From an uncultured delta proteobacterium (GTDB taxonomy: Bacteria > Desulfobacterota > Desulfobacteria > Desulfobacterales > QNYZ01): a stretch of DNA of 64,000 nt. Position numbers and translations under genes: made by a program. The notes below the pieces were generated by a model, which was given only the letters and a program-made list of their open reading frames with translations, made no database searches and was not told where the DNA came from. Below are positions 48,900 through 60,588 of this stretch, in pieces; position 1 is the stretch's first letter; each line of letters opens with the position of its first letter. The stretch lies in contig CAWJQU010000005.1 in NCBI GenBank assembly GCA_963845145.1, positions 64,001 through 128,000 on the forward strand. Direction: 5' to 3'.

Positions 48900-50378
48900 T
48901 CATGTGTCTTGGGGATTTAATTTATTGTCAAAAACAAGCCTAATTTTAAAATCAACCCGTTGACCGGTCTTGTTCCGATTAGCGGAACTAATGATGGCCG
49001 TGGCCACCCAACTGGCTTTTTCCAAATCGGAACGCATATCATTAACCATCTCAAAATTGTCGGCGTGACCCGACAGTGTCATATTTTCAGGCCCGATCGT
49101 CACATCGGTAAAAGTGACATCCAATTTTTCCGGAATGAGGCGACTGATATCATTCAGCACATCAATAACAGCAACCTTCCTATCCGTAACACCCAATTGC
49201 TTTATTCGATCTTTTTCCTCCCGAATTTTTACTTTCATCTGTTGCAATGGGTCGACAATACGACGCACTTCAGGAAAGGTTTCCTTAAACACGCCGGCCG
49301 TTTGCTCATTCAGCTGGTACAATGTTTTCTTAGTATAGTATCCGTCTAATATTATAGCAGAAATACTAAAAAGCAATAACACGCCTAACAAAACGGCGGT
49401 TTTAATAAGCGGGACCCGCTGTTCGGTCAAAAACAACCGTTTTCCAAACCCTCCCCGACGAAAATCGAGAATTTTTACCCCTTTAGTTCGAGCTAAAATG
49501 AGAGCCATAGCATTATTCAATTGCCCTATCGGCTGCGTATCCGGCGCGGATGGCATTGACAACTCGGCCGCCTCAAAGAGATTAAAGGATCTGACCGCAC
49601 AGCCGCAATTTTCCTCTAACGCCAAATCAATGTCGTCATTTTCACCGGTCCCGGCCTGATTGAGATAGACGGACTGTAAATCGAAATCGGTATTGAATTG
49701 TTCCTCAAAAGCTGAAATCGTTTGATTGAGATTAACATTGATAAAAGCCGCCATAGAGTTAAGGCCCGATGAAAGGTGAAATGATCGCACCATGGCGATT
49801 TGCCCGGATAGCAAAAGAAACACACTCGTAATTCCGTCATCCACGGTGACCAAAGCCGTCTTGTCGGCAATATCGATAAACTTCGGCAAACATCCGGCCA
49901 ACGCAAATGACCCGGCGGTGATGAGGTCCGGGTCCATTTTTGTTTTGGTAAGAAGATCTAAACACGTTTTCAAACGATCCCGCTCGACCCCCGCCGCCAA
50001 AATGTAGTCGGAGTTGTCAATATCGCCTACCATCAGGGGTAAAAAATCAAAAGTAAATAACTCGACGGGCTGGGCGATCAAAGGTTCCATTTCATATGGA
50101 AGGACTTGTCGAATTTTACTCTTTCCCTTGATGGGTATATTGACATTGCGATAAATCATCCATTCCGCCGGCAACGCCACCTGACAAAAAAGATCCCTGG
50201 TATCAATCCGTCCTACGATTTGATCAAAGGCTTCCGACAGTTGCAACGCAAATTCTCCCTGGCCGGATAAGGGTACCTCAAAATGCGTTTCAATTTTTTC
50301 AATTTTGAATCCGGAGCGGACAATGACACCGTTAACGGTGTGATTCCTGATGTCAAGCCCCAGAATACGGCTGCTCAT
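48900..50378 (-). CDS. gspL: Type II secretion protein L (actin-like domain, TM, periplasmic domain)
   Basis: ILGLDI actin-like start, QVLPYEME, TM, FKETFPEVRRIVDPLQQMK. Confidence 0.85.
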   Translation of the reverse strand: MSSRILGLDIRNHTVNGVIVRSGFKIEKIETHFEVPLSGQGEFALQLSEAFDQIVGRIDTRDLFCQVALPAEWMIYRNVNIPIKGKSKIRQVLPYEMEPLIAQPVELFTFDFLPLMVGDIDNSDYILAAGVERDRLKTCLDLLTKTKMDPDLITAGSFALAGCLPKFIDIADKTALVTVDDGITSVFLLLSGQIAMVRSFHLSSGLNSMAAFINVNLNQTISAFEEQFNTDFDLQSVYLNQAGTGENDDIDLALEENCGCAVRSFNLFEAAELSMPSAPDTQPIGQLNNAMALILARTKGVKILDFRRGGFGKRLFLTEQRVPLIKTAVLLGVLLLFSISAIILDGYYTKKTLYQLNEQTAGVFKETFPEVRRIVDPLQQMKVKIREEKDRIKQLGVTDRKVAVIDVLNDISRLIPEKLDVTFTDVTIGPENMTLSGHADNFEMVNDMRSDLEKASWVATAIISSANRNKTGQRVDFKIRLVFDNKLNPQDT

Positions 50379-50485
50379 TTTATCACCTGTTTGGCCGGAA
50401 ATAACCTTTTATATTGTGCCGTAATAATCGACTCAAGCCAGCTATTTTGTTATATCCAATATAAAATAATACGCTCGAAGTTCCC

Positions 50486-51613
50486 TTATGAAGCGGGGAG
50501 GGGTTCCTCGTTTTCACCTTTATCGATCTTCGGATCAATTAATACTTGCCGCTGGTTGATAACCCGACAATGCCATCGACCGCTCTTTTTATTTTTTTCT
50601 CTTTGCACCACCGATGATAATTTGACGCTAATATTGTTTTTAACCGCAGTCGCGTCGATACGGAAGAGATCACTTGAATGTGTCAATAACGCTGAATCAA
50701 TGGTCACGTCTTGCATACCTGGAATTTTTTTATACCACATCGGCTGGGAAAGATCATGAATAAACTGGCCCTCTTCGGCGGTACTGCGATACTCAACAAT
50801 TTGTGGGGCAAGATCCACATGTTCAAGGGGCAACATAGCGGCAATTACCGGTAACTTGGCAGTATTTATATTTATTTTACCGCTAAATGTAAAACCTCTT
50901 CCTTTGGCGGTACTCATCCCGTGAACGGTCAAACATTGCGAAAGGCCCACGATTTCATTTGTTCCATCAAAAAGCTCGCTGGAGATCCCTTTGATCAAGG
51001 TCAACTCATGAATATGCTTCAAAGGGCCATTGCGGCAGGAATAAGGGGAGTCAAGATCCATGTAGTAATCGGACTCCGCTCCGCTTAAACCGGTTATGGC
51101 ATCATCATCGCCCCGATCAAGCCAATCTTTAACCGGGTTGATCACCTCTGCGGGTTCCAAATCTTCAAACAATTCCACCCCCGCTGAAAGGGCTTCAAGG
51201 AATCGAAGCCACAAGCGATGTTGAACCGGATTAAAGCTGCGCCCTTTGGGATAATCTACCAGGGCGTTAATCTGAATGTGAGCCAGCTCGTCATTAATGA
51301 CAAGTTCAAGCTCTCCGCCATCGAAGGGTAACGCCCCTACTGCGTCCTTTAGATATTCTGGATCAGCCCAGTCTTCCTGGACTGAATCGATAACAGATTC
51401 CATTTTATCGATCACCAGAATAGCCATTCCCGCCTGAATACCGGCTTCGGCCATTGCTTCAAGGGCCAGACGTTCCCCAAAAACATTTCCGGTGATTGCT
51501 TCGTTTCGTATCTGCCGGTTGAGTGTCACGGCAACACTGATCAATACGGTAATGACCGTCAACGTAACCAGCAAAGCAACACCGCGGTTATTAGTATACA
51601 TTCGTATCATCAC
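50486..51613 (-). CDS. gspK: Type II secretion minor pseudopilin K
   Basis: RG|VALLVTL, DWLDRGDD, GAESDYY, NGPL, GKININTA. Confidence 0.92.
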   Translation of the reverse strand: MMIRMYTNNRGVALLVTLTVITVLISVAVTLNRQIRNEAITGNVFGERLALEAMAEAGIQAGMAILVIDKMESVIDSVQEDWADPEYLKDAVGALPFDGGELELVINDELAHIQINALVDYPKGRSFNPVQHRLWLRFLEALSAGVELFEDLEPAEVINPVKDWLDRGDDDAITGLSGAESDYYMDLDSPYSCRNGPLKHIHELTLIKGISSELFDGTNEIVGLSQCLTVHGMSTAKGRGFTFSGKININTAKLPVIAAMLPLEHVDLAPQIVEYRSTAEEGQFIHDLSQPMWYKKIPGMQDVTIDSALLTHSSDLFRIDATAVKNNISVKLSSVVQREKNKKSGRWHCRVINQRQVLIDPKIDKGENEEPLPAS

Positions 51614-51712
51614 AGGCTGTCCACTTTGTCCCTCGTCGTTTTTTTAAGATAATCATCAATTTTCGACGACGATTAGGGGTGATAAATACATTACCAAACA
51701 AGAAATGACAAT

Positions 51713-52450
51713 TCACTCGGCATCAGGCGCCGTACGGTAAACATTTAGAAGAACGCGCGTGCTGAAAATTTGGGTGTCCTTTTCATCCCCAATTTCGAGC
51801 CTGATCCCAACCGCCGACGGCGTTGAAAATTCATTTGATTCTGATTCCGAGTCCCAGGTATCGTAGGATCGCCCGGTATTATCATAATAGGTCAAGGAAA
51901 ATGAACGAATGGGCCCACACAATACCGGATCCGCCGGGTCTGCTTCAAAAGCATCATAAGGAAATAACTGATCCGCCCGGTGAAGGTGGTACTGATCGTT
52001 GTCATCACGTTGAACATAGTAAACAATTTGAGCGATTCCAAATGAACGGCTCGGACGAATCGGCAAATGAGCAAAAGAGGTAAATCGCAGGCTGGCATAA
52101 GTTTCGCTTCCGATCGTTTCATTGGTACCCACCACCCGATAAGGATCCGGATCGGAATTGATCTCAGGTTTGGAATACTCAGGTGGTAGAGAGGCATGCA
52201 AAGCCTTTAGATCATTCGTCATTCGATCAAGACAAATTCGACCCATCTCAACCAGTTTACGGTTCCTGGAAACAATTTCCACCTGTTCGGAAGTGGCCCG
52301 ATAGGACCCAAATACCGTTGTAACAATGACGGCAAAAATGAAAATAGCGATTAAAATCTCGGCGACAGTGAATCCTGACTGGTTTTCTGTAAATTCACCA
52401 GTAAATAGGGCTCTGAAGTGCTTTAACCGTGGTGTTTGCATGGCCATCAT
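51713..52450 (-). CDS. gspJ: Type II secretion minor pseudopilin J
   Basis: SG|FTVAEILIA prepilin motif, C-terminal PSAVGIRL; position in the operon. Confidence 0.82.
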   Translation of the reverse strand: MMAMQTPRLKHFRALFTGEFTENQSGFTVAEILIAIFIFAVIVTTVFGSYRATSEQVEIVSRNRKLVEMGRICLDRMTNDLKALHASLPPEYSKPEINSDPDPYRVVGTNETIGSETYASLRFTSFAHLPIRPSRSFGIAQIVYYVQRDDNDQYHLHRADQLFPYDAFEADPADPVLCGPIRSFSLTYYDNTGRSYDTWDSESESNEFSTPSAVGIRLEIGDEKDTQIFSTRVLLNVYRTAPDAE

Positions 52451-52472
52451 TCCGCCCCCGTCCGCCGGTGCA

Positions 52473-52907
52473 TCAAAATGACGCCAGGCGATAGGTCCGT
52501 AATTGATAGCTAAATGGGTTTGCGTCGTTGAAAACTATTAGATCTATTCTGGCAAAGGCGATCTCTTTTTTTTCCTGGAACCCAGATTCCATTGATTCCA
52601 CATCCATTTTCCATCGAAAATTCGGGAAATCTTCGCCAAAATCACCCGTCCCGTTTTCAGGTATACCGGTTTCCCCGAACGAAAGCTCAGCCATTTTTTG
52701 TTGGGCTAAAAAAGGAGCGAGCCCGTAAAAATGGGTTTCATGGGCCAAGGCTAAAGACTGGGCATGCAGCTTGTAAACGCTGATCAAAACCGTAGCAATG
52801 ATTGCCAACGATACCATAACCTCCAACAAGGTAAACCCGGATATCCGGTAAACCTGTAAAGGTTTTAATTGATCTCTACCCGTTTTCAAAATCTTGATAC
52901 CCCTCAA
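52473..52907 (-). CDS. gspI: Type II secretion minor pseudopilin I
   Basis: SG|FTLLEVMVSLAI; position in the operon. Confidence 0.82.
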   Translation of the reverse strand: MRGIKILKTGRDQLKPLQVYRISGFTLLEVMVSLAIIATVLISVYKLHAQSLALAHETHFYGLAPFLAQQKMAELSFGETGIPENGTGDFGEDFPNFRWKMDVESMESGFQEKKEIAFARIDLIVFNDANPFSYQLRTYRLASF

Positions 52908-53439
52908 TGCGTTCCATGGCAGTCAAAAACGGTTTAATTATAAATGAAAAACGCCCCTGTGCCTCCGACTCCATATGGATAATGGCCCGATCCGCCCATC
53001 CCTGGGAATGGAATTGTATGACGACAACATCTACCGTTTGCCTTTTCCCATTAGAGAAGACAACACCGGTTAAACGAACACCTTCGGACAGATGATATGC
53101 ATTTTTTTCAGCCTGCTCATGCGCTTCTTTTTTGTCGGTTGAATCCGTAGTCCAGAGACGATTTTCACTCAAATCCACATGTAGATTGTAGGTTCGTTGA
53201 TTACGAATCGCACTGGATCGTAATTCGGGGACCTTCACCATCATCCACCGAGTGGGTTTTTTAGTCGGGTCAACCAGAAAAGAATCCTGAAAACGCGGAA
53301 TAGCAAAGAGCAGCAAGACGCCAACCAATGCCATTACAATAGTGATTTCAATCAGCGTAAAGCCACTAATACCGACAACCAAAGGGCTACCGTGCGTTTT
53401 TAGACAATCGCATGGGTGAAACTGGGTATGCTGAGCCAT
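52876..53439 (-). CDS. gspH: Type II secretion minor pseudopilin H
   Basis: SG|FTLIEITIV, IQFHSQG; start uncertain, since the longer ORF overlaps gspG. Confidence 0.8.
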   Translation of the reverse strand: MAQHTQFHPCDCLKTHGSPLVVGISGFTLIEITIVMALVGVLLLFAIPRFQDSFLVDPTKKPTRWMMVKVPELRSSAIRNQRTYNLHVDLSENRLWTTDSTDKKEAHEQAEKNAYHLSEGVRLTGVVFSNGKRQTVDVVVIQFHSQGWADRAIIHMESEAQGRFSFIIKPFLTAMERIEGYQDFENG

Positions 53440-53449
53440 ACGCTCTCGC

Positions 53450-53905
53450 TCATTCCACTTCCCAGCTGTTAATATCCCGGTCTTCCCCTTCGCCGCCCGG
53501 AACACCATCGGCACCATAGCTGATAATATCCGAATCCCCATGAGCGCCAGGGCTTAGGTAAACGAAGGCATTTCCCCAAGGATCAAGTGGCAACCTGCCC
53601 TTTTCAAGGTAACCGCCTTCACGCCATTTATTGGGAATTACACCGCTCTCGGGGATCTGGACCAATGCCTCCAGCCCTTGCTCCGTATCCGGATACCGCC
53701 CACTATCCAATTTGTATAGTTTTAGCGCTGTTTCCAGGCTTTGGATTTGTAGTTTCGCCTTGGTCTGTTTCGCCTCACCCGGTCGTTCCATAATTCGAGG
53801 CACAACCAGGCCGGCCAGAATTCCGAGAATAATGACAACCACCATAAGCTCTATAAGGGTAAAACCATCTTCACCCGAAAGCCGCTTCCCAGTAAACCTT
53901 ATCAT
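53450..53905 (-). CDS. gspG: Type II secretion major pseudopilin G
   Basis: DG|FTLIELMVV, YKLDSGRYP, DPWGNAFVY, SYGADG...DINSW. Confidence 0.97.
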   Translation of the reverse strand: MIRFTGKRLSGEDGFTLIELMVVVIILGILAGLVVPRIMERPGEAKQTKAKLQIQSLETALKLYKLDSGRYPDTEQGLEALVQIPESGVIPNKWREGGYLEKGRLPLDPWGNAFVYLSPGAHGDSDIISYGADGVPGGEGEDRDINSWEVE

Positions 53906-53936
53906 TTTACCTCCGGTTATTGTATTGCTTGATGGA

Positions 53937-55166
53937 TCATCCCACCAGTTGATTCATTTCAAATATCGGCAAGCAGATAGATAACACAATGAAGCCCACG
54001 ATAATCGCCATGCATAAAATCATCATCGGCTCCAATAAAGAGGCCATGGCTGTAATTCTGGATTCAGTTTCGTTCTCAAAAACATCCGCCACCTTATTCA
54101 ACATGGCTTCCAGTTCACCACTTTGTTCTCCAACTTCAACCATCTGAATAAAAAGACCGGGAAAAACATCATGACGGCCCAAAGATTTCCCAAGGGCGAT
54201 ACCTTTCCCAACGTCGACGGATGCTTCCGACACCGCATTTGAAATAATATCATTTGCTGGAATATTTTTTACAATATCCAAGGCTTGTAGCATTGGCACA
54301 CCATTTTCCTGGAGTGTGCCAAGTGTTCTTGATAGCCGAGCCACGGCCAATTTCTTCACAAGCGAACCAATAATCGGCAATCGGATTTTGAGCCGATCCA
54401 CCATCTGTCGACCTTGTGTACTTTTTTTAAAAAAATGGAACGCGATGATTAGCAAACCGACAAATACGGCCGCAGCCCACCACCAAACTTTAAAAAAATC
54501 ACTGATGAAAATTAAAAAGCGTGTTGGCGCAGGTAACACTCTGTTCATGTCGGAAAAAATCGAAGTAATGCTTGGCACAATAAATGCCAGAAGTAAAAAG
54601 AGTACGACAATGCCGATAATAGACATCAGAACGGGGTAGGCCAGAGCGGACCTAATCTTGTTTTTCAGGACCTGCTGGCGCTCCATCATGTCGGCCAACT
54701 GGTCCAAAACGATTTCCAGCGTTCCTGAGGATTCACCAGCCCTGACTAAATTAATATACAAGGCTGAAAAGGTCGTCGGAAAAAGCCCGAGTGCGTGCGC
54801 AAAACTATTACCCTCGACAACATTGTCTTTAATTTTAGCCAGATTCCCTTTCAATTTTTGGGATCTGGTCTGAGGCAGGATGGCATCAATGGCACTTACC
54901 AAGGGAAAACCGGCACCGACCAGTGTGGCCAATTGCCTTGTCAAAACAGCCACTTCGGACGCTCGTATACGGGTAAACAGTCGCGTCGGGTGCCAACTCT
55001 TGGGAACTTTACTTAAGGCAACCGTTTCGTGCACTTCATTAACAGAAATCGGAAAAATATTTGAAGCACGCAATTTTTGCCGTGCAACAACCCCACTATC
55101 GGCGTCAATCACACCGGTCGTGTTTTTCCCCTTCTGATTTATTGCGGCATATTCGTAAACAGGCAT
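53937..55166 (-). CDS. gspF: Type II secretion platform protein F
   Basis: MPVYEYAA start, TRQLATLV.AG, AGESSGTL, ALAYP, VGEQSGEL, LLEP. Confidence 0.95.
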   Translation of the reverse strand: MPVYEYAAINQKGKNTTGVIDADSGVVARQKLRASNIFPISVNEVHETVALSKVPKSWHPTRLFTRIRASEVAVLTRQLATLVGAGFPLVSAIDAILPQTRSQKLKGNLAKIKDNVVEGNSFAHALGLFPTTFSALYINLVRAGESSGTLEIVLDQLADMMERQQVLKNKIRSALAYPVLMSIIGIVVLFLLLAFIVPSITSIFSDMNRVLPAPTRFLIFISDFFKVWWWAAAVFVGLLIIAFHFFKKSTQGRQMVDRLKIRLPIIGSLVKKLAVARLSRTLGTLQENGVPMLQALDIVKNIPANDIISNAVSEASVDVGKGIALGKSLGRHDVFPGLFIQMVEVGEQSGELEAMLNKVADVFENETESRITAMASLLEPMMILCMAIIVGFIVLSICLPIFEMNQLVG

Positions 55167-55262
55167 GTTAAGAAACATATCAGAATATACGTCCACAGGC
55201 ACAAGATCTCCAATAGGTTTTCGATTTCGACCGTCTATTCAGGGTTAATTTGGCTAATTATT

Positions 55263-56796
55263 TAGCAATCAGTGATGCCCGGCTCACCTCTCTGATACTA
55301 TTGGTAACTTTATAATCTCATACCAACTGGCAGTCGTGTATGATACACTTCTATAGGAATGTATTTAGCTTTTGAAAATCAAGATACGAAATGTGCAGCG
55401 CAGTTGGTTCCAATACTCTTTGCGGGAACTGAACTTACCGCGACAATCCTGGTAAAGGCGATCGGTCAATTCGAAGATTTGATGGCAGAAAAAGGCCAAT
55501 AGATTGAGGATGAAAAAGATCATCGACAAATTGTTTTGGCCGTGACCGAAGTTGTGCTCAATATGGTAGCCCTGGTTCTTGAGGGTGTTGAAGGTCTCGT
55601 TTTCGATTTTCCAACGAGCGCGTGCGCATCGTACCAGTTCTTCGATATTGTTTTCATCGATGAAAATATCGGTCACCCAACTGTTTCGATAGGTCACCTT
55701 GCCTTGGGTGATGATCTGGTACTCGAAAAAGTTTACGTCATCGGCATCTTTGGTTCCATTTAAAGGCACGTGGTTAACCCAGCGATAGACGTGACGGCGT
55801 TTTTTAGACTTTTCTTCAATGGATAAATTTCCGCCGTCACCCAATTGCGTCAGCTCATTAACCCATTCAAAAAGGATTTTATGGTCGGACGGCTTGGCCA
55901 CCAGTATAAAAGACATGTGTGCCTTTTTGGCGTTATCGATGAACGGTTGTTTGGAATATAACCCGTCGCCATTCAATATGATTTTCATTTTCGGGTGGCG
56001 TTTGCGCAGAGCGCGAATTAACCGTTTACCGGCATTGATTTCGCAGTCTTGTTTACCCGTGCCGTCGGTATTGGCGATGGACTCAGGTGCAAAAGGAATG
56101 ACTTGCCGTTTGTCCGGGATGAACCATGGCGGCCTGAAGGATTTGATGATGATATCGGACTTTCTTTTTTGATTTCGTGGTCAGACAGTGAGGACAATGA
56201 ATTTTATCTGAAGAGAAATATTCGAGACCCATCGATGGAAACCAGATATTGGCCGTCGAGGACTTGAAATTGTGCCAGCTGTTTTCCGCGTTGCAGTGCG
56301 CCGATAAAGTCATCGAAAAGACAATCGATGGTTTCGTTTGGCAAGTCATCGAGGACGTCTCGCAATTGAGAATCTTTAGGAATGGATGAAAGCTTGGAAA
56401 AGCGCCTTCAGATTGTTTTGTTGAGCGGTCTCTTCGAGCCTGCGCTGGAAAGCAAGCATGGAGGGATCTTGAAAAAACATCATAGCGAAAGCGCTCATCA
56501 GGCAATCATGCACACTGTAATCGACTTTAGCCTTTTGACGGCTATCATCGATTTGCCTGAATCGCTCTGCCATTTTGGATCTCAAGGCAGAGAAGCTGAG
56601 ATGTTTTTTTCTAATCATCCACCCACCCTTGTGTAACCTGCTGAAAGCATACAATAAAAAAGGGCGGATGTCTAGATTTATATATCTTTAGTTATATCAA
56701 TAGGTTAAGTACGCAAAATACGCTTTGCGAAAAAAAGATAAAATTGCGGATAGTACCTTAGATTTGCTTAATAAATACTTTCACCGAGAATTGCTG
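55263..56796 (-). mobile_element. Insertion sequence, ISNCY-like (DDE transposase)
   Basis: Contains the transposase below. Right end TCACCGAGAATTGCTG; degenerate left end TAGCAATCAGTGA resembles its reverse complement. Ends approximate; no clear target duplication. Confidence 0.7.
55365..56618 (-). pseudogene. Transposase, frameshifted (about three indels)
   Basis: Fragments DCLMSAFAMMFFQDPS, LVSIDG/YFSSDKIHCPHC, KQDCEINAGKR, GDGLYS and ARWKIENETFNTLKNQGYHIEHNFGHG spread over different frames. Confidence 0.85.
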
Positions 56797-56840
56797 ATAG
56801 GCACTGAACACGGCAATAGTATTCAGATTTCACTCTTATG

Positions 56841-56938
56841 ATTAAAGTCATTAAGCCTAAATATTATGGATTTCATGACCTACGGTACTTTAAGCTGAAA
56901 ATTCACCAAAACTTCTCCAACTAATTTGGAGAAGAACC
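56841..56938 (+). mobile_element. ISL3-family remnant (transposase C-terminus and right end)
   Basis: Translates IKVIKPKYYGFHDLRYFKLKIHQNFSN-stop, like the ISL3 KIKxIKRxAYGF motif, followed by TTGGAGAAGAACC, an ISL3-type end. Confidence 0.75.
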
Positions 56939-57172
56939 AAAGAAATAACCTGCAAATTACGTGGATGTTCCTAAAGATAACGATAAAATCTAAGAAGGTA
57001 TTGAAGCGCGCAGAAAAGTAATTATCGCTTAACCTTATGGCTACCAAATTGAAAATCAGGAAGGAATTTTTAACGCAAACTAACTATTTTCAAGGCTAAC
57101 CTTAAAAAAGAGCATCAAAATAGATCCCGCTGCTCAATTTTAAATTTTTAATAAATGTTGATCCGATAAAGC

Positions 57173-57903
57173 CTATCCATCGCACTGATCATAATTCCCA
57201 AAAGAAACCTCTGTTGTAGTTGTAAACGACAGGTCTCCACCTTTACGATTCCTACCATGAAAAGTAACACGAATACTATAGAAACCAAAAAGTGGGTTTG
57301 CGAAATCACCCCACGAATCATATCCACCTATTTCTAACATCTTTTTTACATATTCTTCTTTAGTTTGTATAGTAACCAAAATTATCGATCTTTCAGCTTC
57401 AGTAAAATCTTTTGATAGAACGATCTGATTTAGGATAGGTTTGTCCAAATTTACAAGTTTAGGAGGATAAAAGAAACCTCCGGAACCACTGGGACTTTTT
57501 AGCGGAATATATTCCACAGTGTAATTATCTAAATATGTATGTTTCATCTGCTCCTACCGGACAGGTCGGACAGTAAAAAATATAATAAAAGTTTGAGTTT
57601 CCAAAAGTATCAAAAAATGGCTCTGGCAGTTAATTCTTCAGTGCACTAGCCTCGTATTTCATCTTCAGTGTCTGTTCGCACCGGCGTCTACTATCATCAT
57701 CGCTACCCACAAGCGCTCCGTATTACATCAATTGTAAAAGTTGGGTCAGAAGATGAGTCTCCACTATCATGCGCGGTCAATTCTACAGCAATAACTTCTT
57801 CTTCACCCTCAATACCAGATTCCGATCCACCGCAACCTACAAAAACAATCAAAGCAGATGCTAAAAATATGAAACCGACTGAGTTTAATAATTTTCTGAA
57901 CAT
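57173..57903 (-). CDS. Lipoprotein of unknown function downstream of pilQ, broken by several indels
   Basis: ORF 57703..57903 has a signal peptide with lipobox FVGC and an AAGGAG RBS; ORF 57173..57547 supplies a plausible C-terminal half. Confidence 0.6.
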
Positions 57904-57956
57904 TTAGAAATGCTCCTTTTTAATAGTATCTTTCTAAAAGTGCTTATTATTTTTTA

Positions 57957-60584
57957 TTATCCCAAAGAACCCTTAACAGTATTAACTTCCTTAACATTGT
58001 TAATATCGCGTCGTTCCATCTTCCGAATCTTCGGAGAAATAAAGATCAACAACTCCTCTTTATCAAGCTCCTTGCTCTGTGTCTTAAACAACCAGCCTAA
58101 GAATGGAATTTTTGATAGCCAGGGATAACCTTGTTTGACTCAACCGTTCAGACGGTCTTGTGGATACCACCGATAACTAGAGTGTCTCGGTCATTCATTA
58201 AAAATTCTGTTTCCGCCTCTTTCGTGTTTAGAATAGGCACACCTTCTACAAAATTAAACACATCTTTTTTCTCAATCTTGATATGAATCGAAACTCTACC
58301 ATCTGGAGTAATATGTGGCGTCACAACTAATTTTAATTCAACTTTTTTAAATTTTACTGTTCTACCGCCTGATTCGGATTCTTCAAAATAGGGATATTCC
58401 TGCCCCTGCGTAATAACCGCCTCCTGACTATCAAGAGTCAGAATTTTGGGGGCCGAAACGACTCGGCCATTTCCATTTATCTCCAACAACCTCAATCGCG
58501 CATCAAGACCGAAAGGTGTACCAGCTACCCTGGCGAAATTAAAACCTAACTCCATCGGACTTCCAATAGAAAAGGGAAAATTAACCGCAGTATCATACCC
58601 ATAAGTACCACCGAAACGGTCGAACCCGCGCTGAGGACCAATTCCCGCCCGGGGGTCATTACCCTGTATGCCCCACGCAGCATTCCAACTTAAGCCAATC
58701 TCTCGTGAAAAGCTATTATCCGCCTCAACAATCCGAGCCTCAATAAGTACTTGTGGTGTGGCATTATCTATCTCATTGACCATAGCCTTTGCCCGCGCAA
58801 TGACCGTTGGCACATCGGTAAGAATCAAAAGATTATTTCTAGAATCAACCGAATAGTTTTCCATTCTCTGATAAAATGGCTTCCAAATGTGGCTTAACAT
58901 CCTTCTCCGCATCGGCGTAGTTGATTAAAATATACTCCGAAACCACATCCGCTTCTTCTTCCTCAGCCCGTTTGGCTTTAATTTTCGCAATACGCGCTTC
59001 ATCTTCATCCTTAAGCGTTTTCAGGGTCGCAATTCGGATAATATTATCGTCTTGCTGTTTATCGAGTTGGTTCATTCTCAAAACTAGATCAAGCACCTGA
59101 TCCCAAGGAACCGGATTATCGAGACTAAGTGTAACCTTGCCTTCGACATCCTTATCGATGGCAAAGTTTTCTCCGCTAATATCAGCTATAATTCTGAAAA
59201 CATTGTGTATATCCGTATTATAAAAATCAAGGGCTACTTTTTCACCAGTATACTTCTGGCCACCATTTTTTCTATCGTTAGTTTTCGCTTTATTTTTCTT
59301 TTTATTCGTTAGCCCACTCGCATTTACAACGGATGAAGCTTTGGGGGCCTCTTTTTTATTAATAGAAACCACGCTATCCTGAGTCTCCAGGGATACAAGA
59401 ATGCGATCATTTTCTTGCTTGACTAAATATGGAACAGTTTCATTCAGCCGAATGTCGATTTGGGTGTCGTTCGGTAGTTTTGGCTCTGACATTGTGTCAA
59501 TTGCCGCAACGACACCAGAAGTGGCTTCCGCTGTATCTATTCTACCGTCAGGCAATTCACAATTCAAAAGTGATAGCCGTAGCCATCTCGGCGTGATCCG
59601 TTTAACCTTATACGCAACTCGTTTTGATGTGGTCACCGCCACTTCGAAATTAGCACCCGTCGTGTTGGCTTCGTACTCAATATTTTTTAATACAGCCGTC
59701 CCTCCGACGGCCGGCCTCCCAATATTGATCAATAAGCCGTCCTGATCAGGTCTTGCTGAAAAGGAATTTAGGTATTTCTTTTGAGTTTCAATAACAATTC
59801 TTAATTTTTGAGAATCGCTATATTGTCGAATACGCGTGATTCCCGGAGAGTTTACATCGATATTATCTTTCACATCGGCAGAAGCAGCTATATTTGGGAG
59901 ATCAAAAACGATTCTGGGGGGCGTATTCAGAGTGAATGACTTATATTGGTCAATCGTGCCATTCAAACCAATTTTGACTTCACTTCCACTTTGCATTCTG
60001 CTTATTTCAATATTTTCCAGCAATGTGGCCTGACTTACCGGACTGTCGGCATCCATCTTCGACACATCCGTTTTCACAAAAGCAACATCGCTATCATCAG
60101 TTTTTTCTTGCTTTGACGATCCTGTGACAGCTATTTTTTGGATGACAATATCCAGGCCGTTGTCATTGCTCACCACGGTATAGGGGGCATCTTCTGATAA
60201 TTTTATTTCCAACCGGGCGGTTTGTCCAGTCTCTGATAATTCGGATAGTCCGATATCCGTTATCAATCCCAGAGTTGATGTTAAAGCGGGTACCTTGGCA
60301 CTAACCGTTGTCTCTGGAAAATAAAAAACGACTGCGGATGGGTCGGACTGTTTAACCGATGTAAAAATCAGTTTCTGGTCACCGGACACAAGGACATGTG
60401 ATTCATCAGCACTTTCAGAATGCTGAATTTGTGTTATCTGATTTTTCTGGTGTGCAAGAGGGGCGCCCGTCTCTTTAGATTGGCTCACTTTTGATGTCGC
60501 ACATCCAACCGTTAAGACAGTCAAAGAAATAATTAAAATTGCAACGCCAAGAAACACACCGCGTCCATTACAAAACGCCTTCAT
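57957..60584 (-). CDS. pilQ: Type IV pilus secretin with AMIN domains; indels near 58855 and 58150
   Basis: Lipobox TVGC, AMIN PPRIVFDLP, YTGEKVALDF, VPWDQVLD, PQVLIEARIVE, LVVTPHIT; last part IPWLSKIPFLGWLFK...LLIFISPKI in another frame. Confidence 0.92.
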
Positions 60585-60588
60585 AGTG

